A stretch of 64,000 nucleotides of DNA from Thermoanaerobaculia bacterium (lineage in GTDB: Bacteria > Acidobacteriota > Thermoanaerobaculia > Multivoradales > JAHEKO01), in NCBI GenBank assembly GCA_947259195.1, contig CAMYLC010000183.1, positions 7,807 through 71,806 on the forward strand. The letters run 5' to 3'. Below the pieces are notes generated by a model. The model was given only the letters and a program-made list of their open reading frames with translations. It was not told the origin of the DNA and made no database searches. This document shows, in pieces, positions 1 through 8,818 of this stretch. The position numbers were made by a program, and so were the translations under genes. Every line of letters begins with the position of its first letter. The first letter of the stretch is position 1.

Positions 1-314
1 GCGTGATCGAGAGCCACGCGCAGCACCAGCACGACATCGAGACCCACCCTCCTGGCGGCACGAGCTTCGGAAAGCACCCAGGGCTCCTCCTCCTCCCACC
101 AGAGATTCGTCGAGTCCCAATCCCCCTGTTTCGCATAGACGGTGACCGCGACCGTGTTCATCCCGCTCTCCGTCAGGGCGCGAGCCCAAGCGTCGTGGTC
201 GGCCTCGTTGACCTGAATACCGCCCAGGTAGAAGACAGGTCCGGTCGACCGCAGGGCCAGAAAGAGGCCGATGCCCGCCAGGAGAACCAAGAGGATGGTC
301 AGGAGGCTACGCAA
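1..314 (-). CDS. Partial (start only) secreted TIM-barrel/glycoside-hydrolase-like protein. It runs off the left edge. Probable TTG start at 314..312.
   Basis: Reverse-complement translation of 1..300 gives the protein-like ...RSLLTILLVLLAGIGLFLALRSTGPVFYLGGIQVNEADHDAWARALTESGMNTVAVTVYAKQGDWDSTNLWWEEEEPWVLSEARAARRVGLDVVLVLRVALDHA. A signal-peptide-like N-terminus follows an in-frame stop. There is no ATG, so it is absent from the ORF track. The + strand ORF 3..347 is antisense to it. Confidence 0.5.
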   Translation of the reverse strand, partial: MRSLLTILLVLLAGIGLFLALRSTGPVFYLGGIQVNEADHDAWARALTESGMNTVAVTVYAKQGDWDSTNLWWEEEEPWVLSEARAARRVGLDVVLVLRVALDH

Positions 315-353
315 GGTCGGATGCCAGTGACTTCGCTAGGAGCTTGATGAGCA

Positions 354-1265
354 TTGAAGGCTACTATGCCGAAGACTCCTGGGTTCGGGGTGGGCTCGAG
401 CATCATCGGGCCTACCACCTCGGTTGCAAGCTGGTATCGTTTTGGCCATCGCCGGAAGAACCACACTCTCTCGAGATCCGCCACCACCGACGCCCCTTCG
501 AGTCCGCCCTTGTCTCTGTACACCATACGACGTCTGATCGGACCGCTGCTTGTCGGTGCTGTTGCCCTGACCGCAGTCGCCTGGTTCATGAAGGGCCGCC
601 TGGTGACCTCCGGCGAGATCGAAGCGACTCTGCTGCAGGAACCAGAGCAAGGAGCCACGACGCGAGAGCCGTTCGAGTTCGAGTACAAGGGGCAGCAATG
701 CAGGGTGAAGCCAGTGGCAACCTACGAGTTGTGGGGTCTCGTTGTCAGCCATAACAACATCGAGAGCATCGCCGACCTCTACCATGACAGCACGTCGGTC
801 GATACCAAGGATCTCTGTGTCATCTGGGGCGGCAACCTCGAAAAAGACGATTTTCGGCAGGTCGAGTTCAAGAGCGGGTCGTGGACCTGCTACTTCCAAT
901 ACCCGCAGGGCGTGAAGTTCGCCCACCACGAGCTCGGCAACAACCACCTCATCACTGACGACCCGTCGATTCGAGACCAGATCGCCGCCGTCAGGGTCGG
1001 CGACCAGGTCCGAATGAGGGGGCTGCTGGTGGACTATCAGATGGACGACTGGGAGACCTTCTGGCGGCGATCCAGCACCGTGCGAACCGACACCCTCTGT
1101 GAAGTGGTCTTCGTGGAGGAGTTGGAGGTACTGCAGAGGGGAACCCCAGGCTGGTATACCGCATACCGAGTCGGGAAGGGCCTGATCCTGGTACTTCCGG
1201 TCCTCTACCTTGCGGTCTTCTTCCTCGAGTCGGGCCGGTCGGACAGTCAACTCGGCAGGCTCTAG
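354..1265 (+). CDS. Hypothetical membrane-anchored protein (one TM helix near residues 60-80, conserved-looking C-terminal domain). Start uncertain: ATG 354 or TTG near 508.
   Basis: Long ORF. The TM segment is LIGPLLVGAVALTAVAWF, followed by a globular region (YELWGLVVSHNNIESIADLY...CVIWGGNLEKDDF). It is convergent with the next gene. Confidence 0.5.
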   Translation: MKATMPKTPGFGVGSSIIGPTTSVASWYRFGHRRKNHTLSRSATTDAPSSPPLSLYTIRRLIGPLLVGAVALTAVAWFMKGRLVTSGEIEATLLQEPEQGATTREPFEFEYKGQQCRVKPVATYELWGLVVSHNNIESIADLYHDSTSVDTKDLCVIWGGNLEKDDFRQVEFKSGSWTCYFQYPQGVKFAHHELGNNHLITDDPSIRDQIAAVRVGDQVRMRGLLVDYQMDDWETFWRRSSTVRTDTLCEVVFVEELEVLQRGTPGWYTAYRVGKGLILVLPVLYLAVFFLESGRSDSQLGRL

Positions 1266-1286
1266 CCCCGCCCACCCTACCTGCCT

Positions 1287-1308
1287 GGGTCTTGGGTCTT
1301 GGGTCCTG
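1287..1308 (+). repeat. (GGGTCYT)3 tandem heptamer in the 3' UTR. It is related to the copy at 46584..46605.
   Basis: gggtctt gggtctt gggtcct read directly, 22 nt after the stop of 354..1265. Confidence 0.5.
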
Positions 1309-1342
1309 CGTAAAGAGTCCAACTTGTCCACAGTGCTGGGGA

Positions 1343-2146
1343 TCAAGGGATCAGGGCCTGCCAGTCGACCGGCTCGGGGCTCGTCAGGACCTCGGGTGGC
1401 AGGGCCTCCAGGACAGCGATATCGGTGTGGCTGCTCTCGCCCCGGTTGTCCGACAACAGGATTCGGCCATAGCGCTGCCAGTTGCGCCAGGGCGAGGAGA
1501 AACGCGGTTCCTCGTCGGCCGCATCGGCGTAGAAGTCCCATTGCTCGACAAGGCCGCTATCTGCCGCGACGTATACGCGGTACTTGTTCTCAGGCGTATT
1601 GCCGACGGCCTCGAAAGTCAGCTGCAGCACCTCGGCCGGACGGCCATCCTGCATCTGTCGCTTGCCGACATGCTTCAAGGTCACGCCAGAGTCCTTGAGC
1701 TTGTAGGGCATGAACATCCAGTAGCTGTCATTGATCCAAACACTCTCGCCATTGTCCAGCATCGCCGACAGATCTTCGGGATTTGTCACCGGGTCTCCCT
1801 CCAGCCAGGCTCGGCCCTGCTTGGTGCGCAGATTCATCAGGATCAAGTATCGGCGCTCGGTCTCGCGGTCGACACCTTCGATCCGAATGTCGCCGGTTTG
1901 CTTGTCCCAGACATGACGACGACGACCAAAGAAGCTCCACGTGAGGAAGCGGGTCTCGTCCCAGGCCTGGCGCCCTCCAAGCTCGACCATGACGCGGTCG
2001 GCGATCTCGACAGCGTCGGGGTCGGAGCCCTGCAGGTTGAAGCCTTCAGCCGGCGGGTTGGGTTCCGATGCCCCCAGGGCTACCCCGACCGCTGCCAGCA
2101 GGGTGTAGAGAACGAGCGTTGTCAGAATCGTTGGGCGCTTGACCAT
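1343..2146 (-). CDS. Hypothetical secreted protein (N-terminal signal peptide).
   Basis: 267-aa ORF starting MVKRPTILTTLVLYTLLAAVGVALGA (signal peptide). No family recognised. Confidence 0.6.
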   Translation of the reverse strand: MVKRPTILTTLVLYTLLAAVGVALGASEPNPPAEGFNLQGSDPDAVEIADRVMVELGGRQAWDETRFLTWSFFGRRRHVWDKQTGDIRIEGVDRETERRYLILMNLRTKQGRAWLEGDPVTNPEDLSAMLDNGESVWINDSYWMFMPYKLKDSGVTLKHVGKRQMQDGRPAEVLQLTFEAVGNTPENKYRVYVAADSGLVEQWDFYADAADEEPRFSSPWRNWQRYGRILLSDNRGESSHTDIAVLEALPPEVLTSPEPVDWQALIP

Positions 2147-2214
2147 CAGGACCTCCTCTCAGAGCATTTGAACTCTACGATACGCGGTCCGGTTTCGCGA
2201 AGTTCGAGTCAGGC

Positions 2215-2907
2215 TCAGAAGGGTACATCGACGGCTTCGCACAGAAACTCGACCAGGGAGCTGCCCTTTCGGCAGAGTTTCCAGTACTCCGTCAAGAAGT
2301 CGGGATCTCCCGCGGTCTTCGCGTCGAAGTTGGCAACACCGATGAAGTCCTTCCGCTTGAGATCTTCGATCATGGGGTCGTCGGGGTCGTAGCCCTTGGG
2401 TGCTCGCTTCAGAGAGTCGCCGGCCAACTCCAGCGTCTCGGTAAATGGCTTCGATCGTGTAATCCGTTTCCAGCGCTCTGGCTGCTCGACAATGGCGGCG
2501 CGGATTGCGGACAGAGAGTCTCCGTCTGGATGCCAGATCCCGACTCCGGCGAAGCAGCCGCCAGACTCGAGATGGAGGTAGAAGCCGGGTGCGTGGACGT
2601 CTTTGCCTTGCTTGTGGCGAAACTGGATCCCGACATGGGTCTTGTAGGGGCTCTTGTCTTTGGCAAATCTCGTGTCCCTGTAGATACGGAACATGGAGCC
2701 GCCTGAGGCCCGCGGGTCGGCGAGGAAATGCCGACTGATCTTGTGCAGCTGGGGCCCGAAGTCACTGATGAACTGCTGCGCGGGGTGTCTCACCTCGTCT
2801 TCGTAGCGCTGCTTGTTCGCCTGAAACCACTCGCGTTGGTTGTTCTTCTTCAGGTCCTCCAGGAAGCGGAAGAACGCGCGGTTGAAGTAGGTCTGCTCGG
2901 AGGGCAT
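2215..2907 (-). CDS. DUF2461 / TIGR02453 family conserved hypothetical protein.
   Basis: MPSEQTYFNRAFFRFLEDLKKNNQREWFQANKQRYEDEVRHP... is typical of DUF2461. ATG at 2907..2905 is preceded by GAGGAGACAAGCA (SD). The ORF-track start 3111 is an upstream extension. Confidence 0.8.
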   Translation of the reverse strand: MPSEQTYFNRAFFRFLEDLKKNNQREWFQANKQRYEDEVRHPAQQFISDFGPQLHKISRHFLADPRASGGSMFRIYRDTRFAKDKSPYKTHVGIQFRHKQGKDVHAPGFYLHLESGGCFAGVGIWHPDGDSLSAIRAAIVEQPERWKRITRSKPFTETLELAGDSLKRAPKGYDPDDPMIEDLKRKDFIGVANFDAKTAGDPDFLTEYWKLCRKGSSLVEFLCEAVDVPF

Positions 2908-3124
2908 TGCTTGTCTCCTCATCGGTCCAGTTGGGGAATTGAACGGTCGCCTTATCGTCTCACACGGCCTTGGCGGGAATCGGGTCTTGAAAATCCTGCG
3001 GGCAAGCTCCCGCGGGTGTAGACTACGGGCCTGATCGAGACCCTGGCAGTGCTGACGGCCAGTGGCTTCGATCATCAGGTCAGAGAATCCGTTCCCCACA
3101 TAAGCTGACAACGGGAGGTCAAAG

Positions 3125-3874
3125 ATGCGAAAGACAATTCTCCTGGGCGCGATTGTTGCCCTGCTCGCTCTTCCAGCGGTCGCTGAAGACCTGACGCTGG
3201 ACCAGGTCCTGGCGAATCACTATGAGGCGCTCGGTGGCCTGGACGCCATCAAAGGCATGGAAACGGCGACATTCGTCGGTCGGATGGCCATGGGGCCAGG
3301 CGCCGAAGCGCCCTTCAAGATGTACTTCAAACGGCCGATGAGGGCCCGGCTCGAGTTCACGATGCAGGGCATGACCGGAATCCAGGCCTATGACGGAGAG
3401 ACCGCTTGGATGGTCATGCCGTTCATGGGCAAGTCCGACCCCGAGGTGATGGCCGAGGATCAGGCGAAGAACATGCAGGAGCAGGCCGACATCGACGGCC
3501 CCCTCGTTGATTGGCAGGAGAAGGACCACAAGGTCGAGCTCATCGGCCTGGAAGATGTTGATGGTACCGAGGCCTACAAGATCAAGGTGGATCTGGCCAA
3601 CGGAGACGTGCGATACCACTTCCTGGACAGTGAGTACTTCATCACGATCAAGCAGGAAGGCAAGACCACGATGCAGGGCAACGAGGTGGAGTTCGAGACC
3701 ATTCTCAGCGACTACAAAGAGGTTGGTGGCCTGATGTTTCCCCACTCCATCGAGAGCAAGCCGAAGGGTGCGCCCGCCGGCCAGGTAATCACGATCGATG
3801 AGATCGAGGTCGGCGTCGACGTATCCGACGACCTCTTCGCCATGCCCGCACCGGCCACTGAGGCGGCCGAGTAG
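3125..3874 (+). CDS. Secreted LolA-like (outer-membrane lipoprotein-sorting fold) protein.
   Basis: Signal peptide MRKTILLGAIVALLALPAVA. SD GGGAGG upstream. The gene lies 16 bp upstream of the BNR gene (operon). Confidence 0.6.
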   Translation: MRKTILLGAIVALLALPAVAEDLTLDQVLANHYEALGGLDAIKGMETATFVGRMAMGPGAEAPFKMYFKRPMRARLEFTMQGMTGIQAYDGETAWMVMPFMGKSDPEVMAEDQAKNMQEQADIDGPLVDWQEKDHKVELIGLEDVDGTEAYKIKVDLANGDVRYHFLDSEYFITIKQEGKTTMQGNEVEFETILSDYKEVGGLMFPHSIESKPKGAPAGQVITIDEIEVGVDVSDDLFAMPAPATEAAE

Positions 3875-3889
3875 CCTGGGAGGGGAACC

Positions 3890-6800
3890 ATGAAGAGCAA
3901 TCTCTTGAAGATAGGCATCCTGGTGGTTGCCCTGTCGGGGCCTGGTCTGCCAGCCTCGGCTCAGGTCGAAATCGACTCCAGTACCTTTGGCGGCCTGTAT
4001 GCCCGTTCGATCGGTCCGGCCATCATGAGCGGCAGAATCGCCGCCATCGATGCGGTGTCGGGGGATCCCTTGACCATCTACGCCGGTGCCGCCAGCGGTG
4101 GCGTGTGGAAATCGAAGGATGGCGGCCTGACCTGGAAGCCGATCTTCGATGACTATATCCAGTCTATTGGTGCGATTCGGATCGATCCGCAGGACTCGAA
4201 CACCGTTTGGGTCGGCACCGGAGAGTCGTGGGTCCGTAACAGCGTCTCGGTAGGTGCAGGAGTCTACAAATCGACAGATGGCGGTGACAGCTGGAAGTTC
4301 GTCGGCTTGGGTGAGTCGGAGCGCATCGCGCGCATCGTCATCGATTCCAACGAAACCGATACCGTCTTCGTCTGTGCGACTGGCCAGTTGTGGAGCGCCA
4401 ACGAGGAGCGCGGCGTCTACAAAACAACCGACGGTGGCGAGAGCTGGGAGCGCGTGCTCTGGGTGGATGAGAACACCGGGTGCTCGGATATCGCGATCGA
4501 TCCCCAGAGCCCCAACATTCTCTACGCCGGCATGTGGCAGTTTCGGCGATACCCGGACTTCTTCGAATCGGGCGGCCCCGGCAGCGCACTCTACAAATCG
4601 ACCGATGGTGGCAACAACTGGAAAGAGTTGACGACCGGGCTGCCCGAAGGGGAGAAAGGACGCATTGCTGTCAGCGTAGCTCCGAGCCGTCCGAATCGCT
4701 TGTATGCGGTGGTCGAAGCCGAGGAGACGGCTCTCTACAAATCGGACGATCTGGGCGAGAGCTGGGAGGAGATGAACAACTCCCTGGCAGTCAAGAGTCG
4801 TCCATTCTATTTCGCCTATGTCGTCGTGGACCCGGAAGATTTCGAACGGATCTACAAGCCCGGGTTCTACCTGGGGGTCTCTACGGATTCCGGCAAGTCC
4901 TTCACCTCGATCTTGAGCGGTGGATTCTCCATGGCGGTGCACAGCGACCACCATGCCCTGTGGATCAACCCCGACAATCCCTACGAGCTGATATTGGGCA
5001 CCGACGGTGGTGTTTACATGTCCTACGATCGCGCCGCCCACTTCAGGCTCGTCAAAGCTCTACCGGTTTCTCAGTTCTACGAGGTGAGCTACGACTTCGA
5101 CCGGCCCTACAACGTCTTCGGGGGATTGCAGGACAACGGTTCCTGGATGGGTCCCTCACGGTCGGCCGGTGGCATCGAGAACAAGGACTGGACCCTCGTG
5201 GGTCAGGGAGATGGATTCCATACCTACCGAGACCCCGAGGAGACGGACATCATCTACGCCGAGTTCCAGGGTGGGAACCTGACTCGCTATCACCTGTCAA
5301 CGGGAGAGTCCAAAGAGATTCGGCCCCTGCCCGGCGAGGGCGAGGAAGACTATCGATTCAATTGGAACACGGCGCTACATCTGTCGCCGAGCACTCCGGG
5401 TACCCTTTACTACGGTGGCCAGTACGTGTTCCGGTCGTCTGATCGGGGGGAGTCGTGGCAGAAGATCTCTCCGGACCTGACGACCAACGACCCGCAACGG
5501 CAGCGTCAGATGGAGACCGGTGGTCTGACGCTGGACAACTCCACGGCCGAGAACAACGCCACCATCTACACGATCGCGGAATCGCCCAAGAACCCCAAGG
5601 TGTTGTGGGTGGGTACCGACGACGGCCTGGTGCAGGTGACCCGGGACGGCGGTGAGAGCTGGATCGACGTGACCGCGAACATTCCAGACCTGCCGGCTGG
5701 ACTCTGGGTCTCTCACGTGGAAGCGAGCCCTCACGAGGAGGGTACGGCACATGTATCCGTGGATGGGCATCGGTCGGGGGACATGACCACCTACCTCTAC
5801 CGAACTTCGGACTTCGGGTCGACCTGGGAGTCCATCGTCAGTGAGGGCATCGAAAGCTTCGCCCATGTCGTGGCGCAGGACCCGGTGAACCCCGACCTCC
5901 TGTTCGCCGGTACCGAGTTCGGGATGTACATCACCGTGGATGGTGGCAGCCGATGGGCCCGTTTCAAAGGTGGTTTGCCGCCGGTACCGGTGCGAGATCT
6001 GGACATTCATCCGCGCGATCACGATTTGATCGTCGGTACCCACGGCCGAGGTATTTATATCCTGGACGACCTGACCCCTCTTCGAGCCCTGACTGCTGAG
6101 ACCCTCGAGGCCAATCTGGCCCTGCTGCCGGCTCGTGACGCCGTCATGGATGTATCGGGTGGCATGTCCTGGTTCACGGGCAGCGACGAGTTCTCTGGTA
6201 GGAACCCGCCCGAGGCGGCGAGCATCTTCTACTATCAGAAGAAACGGCACATCTTCGGCGATCTCAAGGTCGAGATCTACAACTCCGAGGGGGAGCTCAT
6301 CACCACCATTCCCGCACCCAAGGTGAAGGGTCTGAATCGGGCGGACTGGCCGATGAGACTGCCTCCACCCAAGCTACCACCCGCCACGAACCTGGTCTTC
6401 GTCTTCCAGGGTCCGCGAGTACCCGAAGGGACCTATACCTACAAATTGATCAAGGGCAAGGACACCTTCGAAGGGACCGTGAAGCTGGTGGCAGACCCCC
6501 GATCACCTCACTCGGCGGAGGATCGGAAGTTGCAGCAGGAGACCGCCCTCGAGCTCTACGATGCTCTGGAGGGCCTGACCTACGTCATCGACACCCTGAT
6601 CGATGTGCGGGAACAGGCCAAAGGTAGAGCGGAGCAGGCCGGTGGTAAGGGCGGGCTGGCCAAAAGCCTCGAAGAGTACGCCGACGAGTTAGAGACGTTT
6701 CGTGGCTCTCTGGTCTCCACGGCAGAGACGGGATGGATCTCCGGTGACGAGAAGTTGCGGGAGAAGATGGGTAACCTCTTTGGCGGTATTGTTCGATACG

Positions 6801-7075
6801 ACGGACGCCCGACACGGTCTCAGATCGATCGCAAGGATGTACTGATAGGCCAACTGACAACTGCCGAGGTGCGGTTCGAAGAGCTCACGACGAGTCGGGA
6901 GCTCAGGTCGTTGAACTCGCAGCTGGAGGGTAAAGGCCTGAAGATCATTACCGTCATGAGCCATGAGGACTGGGAGAAGAGTCAGGAATCGAGCGGCTCC
7001 TCCTCCTCGGGAGTCAGCGCCGAGCGGCTGGCCGGAATCCTGTCGAGTCGGGCACTCATTCCGCTCGGCTTCTAG
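3890..7075 (+). CDS. Large secreted BNR/Asp-box repeat protein (sortilin/VPS10-like or GH74-like beta-propeller), 1061 aa.
   Basis: Signal peptide. At least 10 Asp-box motifs S/T-x-D-x-G-x-T/S-W (SKDGGLTW, STDGGDSW, TTDGGESW, STDGGNNW, SDDLGESW, SSDRGESW, TRDGGESW, TSDFGSTW, TVDGGSRW...). SD GGGAGGGG before ATG 3890. Confidence 0.85.
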   Translation: MKSNLLKIGILVVALSGPGLPASAQVEIDSSTFGGLYARSIGPAIMSGRIAAIDAVSGDPLTIYAGAASGGVWKSKDGGLTWKPIFDDYIQSIGAIRIDPQDSNTVWVGTGESWVRNSVSVGAGVYKSTDGGDSWKFVGLGESERIARIVIDSNETDTVFVCATGQLWSANEERGVYKTTDGGESWERVLWVDENTGCSDIAIDPQSPNILYAGMWQFRRYPDFFESGGPGSALYKSTDGGNNWKELTTGLPEGEKGRIAVSVAPSRPNRLYAVVEAEETALYKSDDLGESWEEMNNSLAVKSRPFYFAYVVVDPEDFERIYKPGFYLGVSTDSGKSFTSILSGGFSMAVHSDHHALWINPDNPYELILGTDGGVYMSYDRAAHFRLVKALPVSQFYEVSYDFDRPYNVFGGLQDNGSWMGPSRSAGGIENKDWTLVGQGDGFHTYRDPEETDIIYAEFQGGNLTRYHLSTGESKEIRPLPGEGEEDYRFNWNTALHLSPSTPGTLYYGGQYVFRSSDRGESWQKISPDLTTNDPQRQRQMETGGLTLDNSTAENNATIYTIAESPKNPKVLWVGTDDGLVQVTRDGGESWIDVTANIPDLPAGLWVSHVEASPHEEGTAHVSVDGHRSGDMTTYLYRTSDFGSTWESIVSEGIESFAHVVAQDPVNPDLLFAGTEFGMYITVDGGSRWARFKGGLPPVPVRDLDIHPRDHDLIVGTHGRGIYILDDLTPLRALTAETLEANLALLPARDAVMDVSGGMSWFTGSDEFSGRNPPEAASIFYYQKKRHIFGDLKVEIYNSEGELITTIPAPKVKGLNRADWPMRLPPPKLPPATNLVFVFQGPRVPEGTYTYKLIKGKDTFEGTVKLVADPRSPHSAEDRKLQQETALELYDALEGLTYVIDTLIDVREQAKGRAEQAGGKGGLAKSLEEYADELETFRGSLVSTAETGWISGDEKLREKMGNLFGGIVRYDGRPTRSQIDRKDVLIGQLTTAEVRFEELTTSRELRSLNSQLEGKGLKIITVMSHEDWEKSQESSGSSSSGVSAERLAGILSSRALIPLGF

Positions 7076-7107
7076 AAGCCAGCTAAAACACACTCGTACT
7101 ACGATTC

Positions 7108-7138
7108 AGCCCCCGGGATACCGGGGGCTTCTTTATTC
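7108..7138. terminator. Bidirectional rho-independent terminator between convergent genes.
   Basis: agcccccgg gata ccgggggct hairpin followed by tctttattctc. Confidence 0.6.
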
Positions 7139-8776
7139 TCAGGGCGTCGGCTTGGACTCAACACAGCTGGGCCCAGGGCACCGCTGGAGAATCAAGAAGT
7201 AATCCCCGATCCGGCCGGCGGGCCGGTAGCGCTGCCGCACGATGGGTAGTAACGCTCTGTCCTGCATCAGGCGCTGGAGAGAGGAGTAGGGGAGGCCAAA
7301 CCAGGGAAAAGAGTCGTTCGTCCTGACCAGGAGGAGCTCTGGCTGCTGATCCCGCATCGTCTCGACGATTTCCTGGTGGACGCTGTCGGCCAGCGAGTAG
7401 CCCGGCATGTAGGCGAAGGTAGTGACGAGATGGCGGCCAGCGGTCGGCCGCTCGCCGAGTAGATAGGTGACTCCGGCCAATCCCAAGACGTAGATGCTCT
7501 GGCCTTCGGGAACGATCTCGCGGACGATCCGTGAGGCTTCCAGCTCCCTGGCGTAGCTGTAGTAGTGAGCTTCGTTGCCCCGCCGTTCGTGGACGGAAGC
7601 GAGAGCCTCACGGCCTGACCACCAGCCCGCGAGATCGGCCGTATCGACCAGGAATCGGGGTGTGGCAATTAGCCAAACACCGATGAGTCCTAGAAGCGTT
7701 CCGCCTGCGACGGTCCTCCACCAGGAGTCTAGGGTTCCGGTAGCCAGGTGGAGTAGACCTTCCATACCCCAGGCGACCAGGACCGAGACCCCGACCATAG
7801 CGGGCACCGCATGGTAGCGAAAACCGGCGACTCCTGAAGCGAAGGCGGCCAGGCCCCAGGCAAGTGTGCCGACGATGAGAAGCCAGGACGCCCAGCGGAT
7901 CGATCGCCGCCGGGCCAGCCAGGCCAGCCGCACGGTTCCCAGGGCCATCAGAGCTGCGACAACGAGATTTCGAGGCGTCGAGAGGAAGTAATGGGTGAAT
8001 CGATCGAACAGGTTGGAAGGAACAGGTCGTACACCTGCCAGGTAGGCGGGATGGTGCCTCGAGAATAGGTGAAAGAAGCCATCGAGGCTCCCAGAGATCA
8101 TGACGAAGACAGCAACGACAACCGAGACGATGACGACCCCGAAGGTCAGATCCCAGGCCCGGCGCTTGCCCCTATTTGTCCGTATCCCTTCCCACAGGAG
8201 TACCAGGAAGAAGAAGACGAGGAGTACCGATGCTTGCGGCTTGAGCCAAGCCGCCCAGGCCAGTGCCATGCCGGATACCAGTGCTGGAAGAGCCCGATCG
8301 GGGAGCGCGATGCTGAACAGCGCTGCGCTCAAGCCCAGCGCCACGACCGCGGCTTGAAAGAACTCGACCTGTCCACGGTCTGGCAGGATCCAGATCGTCG
8401 AGGAGGTGAACGCGCAGAAGCTCACCGGAAGCAAAAGAAGCAAGGCTAGTGACGGTCCCTGGTGATCGTCGAATCGCAGAGCCAGGGCGCTTGCCCCAAG
8501 ACCGAGGCCCGCGAGGAACAGAAACACGAGCTCTACGACGCGTGAGGCCAACGCTGAGGTGCCGAACAGCGAGATCCGGACCATCTCCTGCAGGTAGATG
8601 GCCGGTGCCTTGTGGTCGAAGACATCGCTGTAGAGAGTCTCGCCCTCGAGCATGTAATTCGCCACGGCCGCGAAGAGCGCGGCGTCCTCGAAATAGGGAA
8701 AGACCAGGGCTGGGGCCAGCAAGAGTGCAGACAGAATCGCCGCGACAAGTGAGATCAATGCGATCCGAGCTCTCAT
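7139..8776 (-). CDS. GT-C fold glycosyltransferase (family 39/83, PMT/ArnT-like) integral membrane protein.
   Basis: 545 aa, many TM helices, N-terminal ArnT/PMT-like region. ATG at 8776. Confidence 0.75.
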   Translation of the reverse strand: MRARIALISLVAAILSALLLAPALVFPYFEDAALFAAVANYMLEGETLYSDVFDHKAPAIYLQEMVRISLFGTSALASRVVELVFLFLAGLGLGASALALRFDDHQGPSLALLLLLPVSFCAFTSSTIWILPDRGQVEFFQAAVVALGLSAALFSIALPDRALPALVSGMALAWAAWLKPQASVLLVFFFLVLLWEGIRTNRGKRRAWDLTFGVVIVSVVVAVFVMISGSLDGFFHLFSRHHPAYLAGVRPVPSNLFDRFTHYFLSTPRNLVVAALMALGTVRLAWLARRRSIRWASWLLIVGTLAWGLAAFASGVAGFRYHAVPAMVGVSVLVAWGMEGLLHLATGTLDSWWRTVAGGTLLGLIGVWLIATPRFLVDTADLAGWWSGREALASVHERRGNEAHYYSYARELEASRIVREIVPEGQSIYVLGLAGVTYLLGERPTAGRHLVTTFAYMPGYSLADSVHQEIVETMRDQQPELLLVRTNDSFPWFGLPYSSLQRLMQDRALLPIVRQRYRPAGRIGDYFLILQRCPGPSCVESKPTP

Positions 8777-8818
8777 GGGGCTCTCATGCTACGCGATGGC
8801 CTCGGGCGCACCCAGCAC

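Noticed and set aside
3-347. ORF-track + strand ORF, 114 aa.
   Set aside because: Low-complexity product. The opposite strand encodes a convincing secreted protein (TTG start at 314).
336-1541. 401-aa minus-strand ORF.
   Set aside because: Arg/Pro/Gly-rich nonsense, typical of an antisense frame in high-GC DNA. It overlaps the better-supported + gene 354..1265 and the minus gene 1343..2146.
1292-2392. 366-aa + strand ORF.
   Set aside because: Antisense to the signal-peptide-bearing gene 1343..2146 and to the DUF2461 gene. No domain content.
3119-5041. 640-aa minus-strand ORF.
   Set aside because: Antisense to the LolA-like and BNR genes, which have strong SDs and clear domains.
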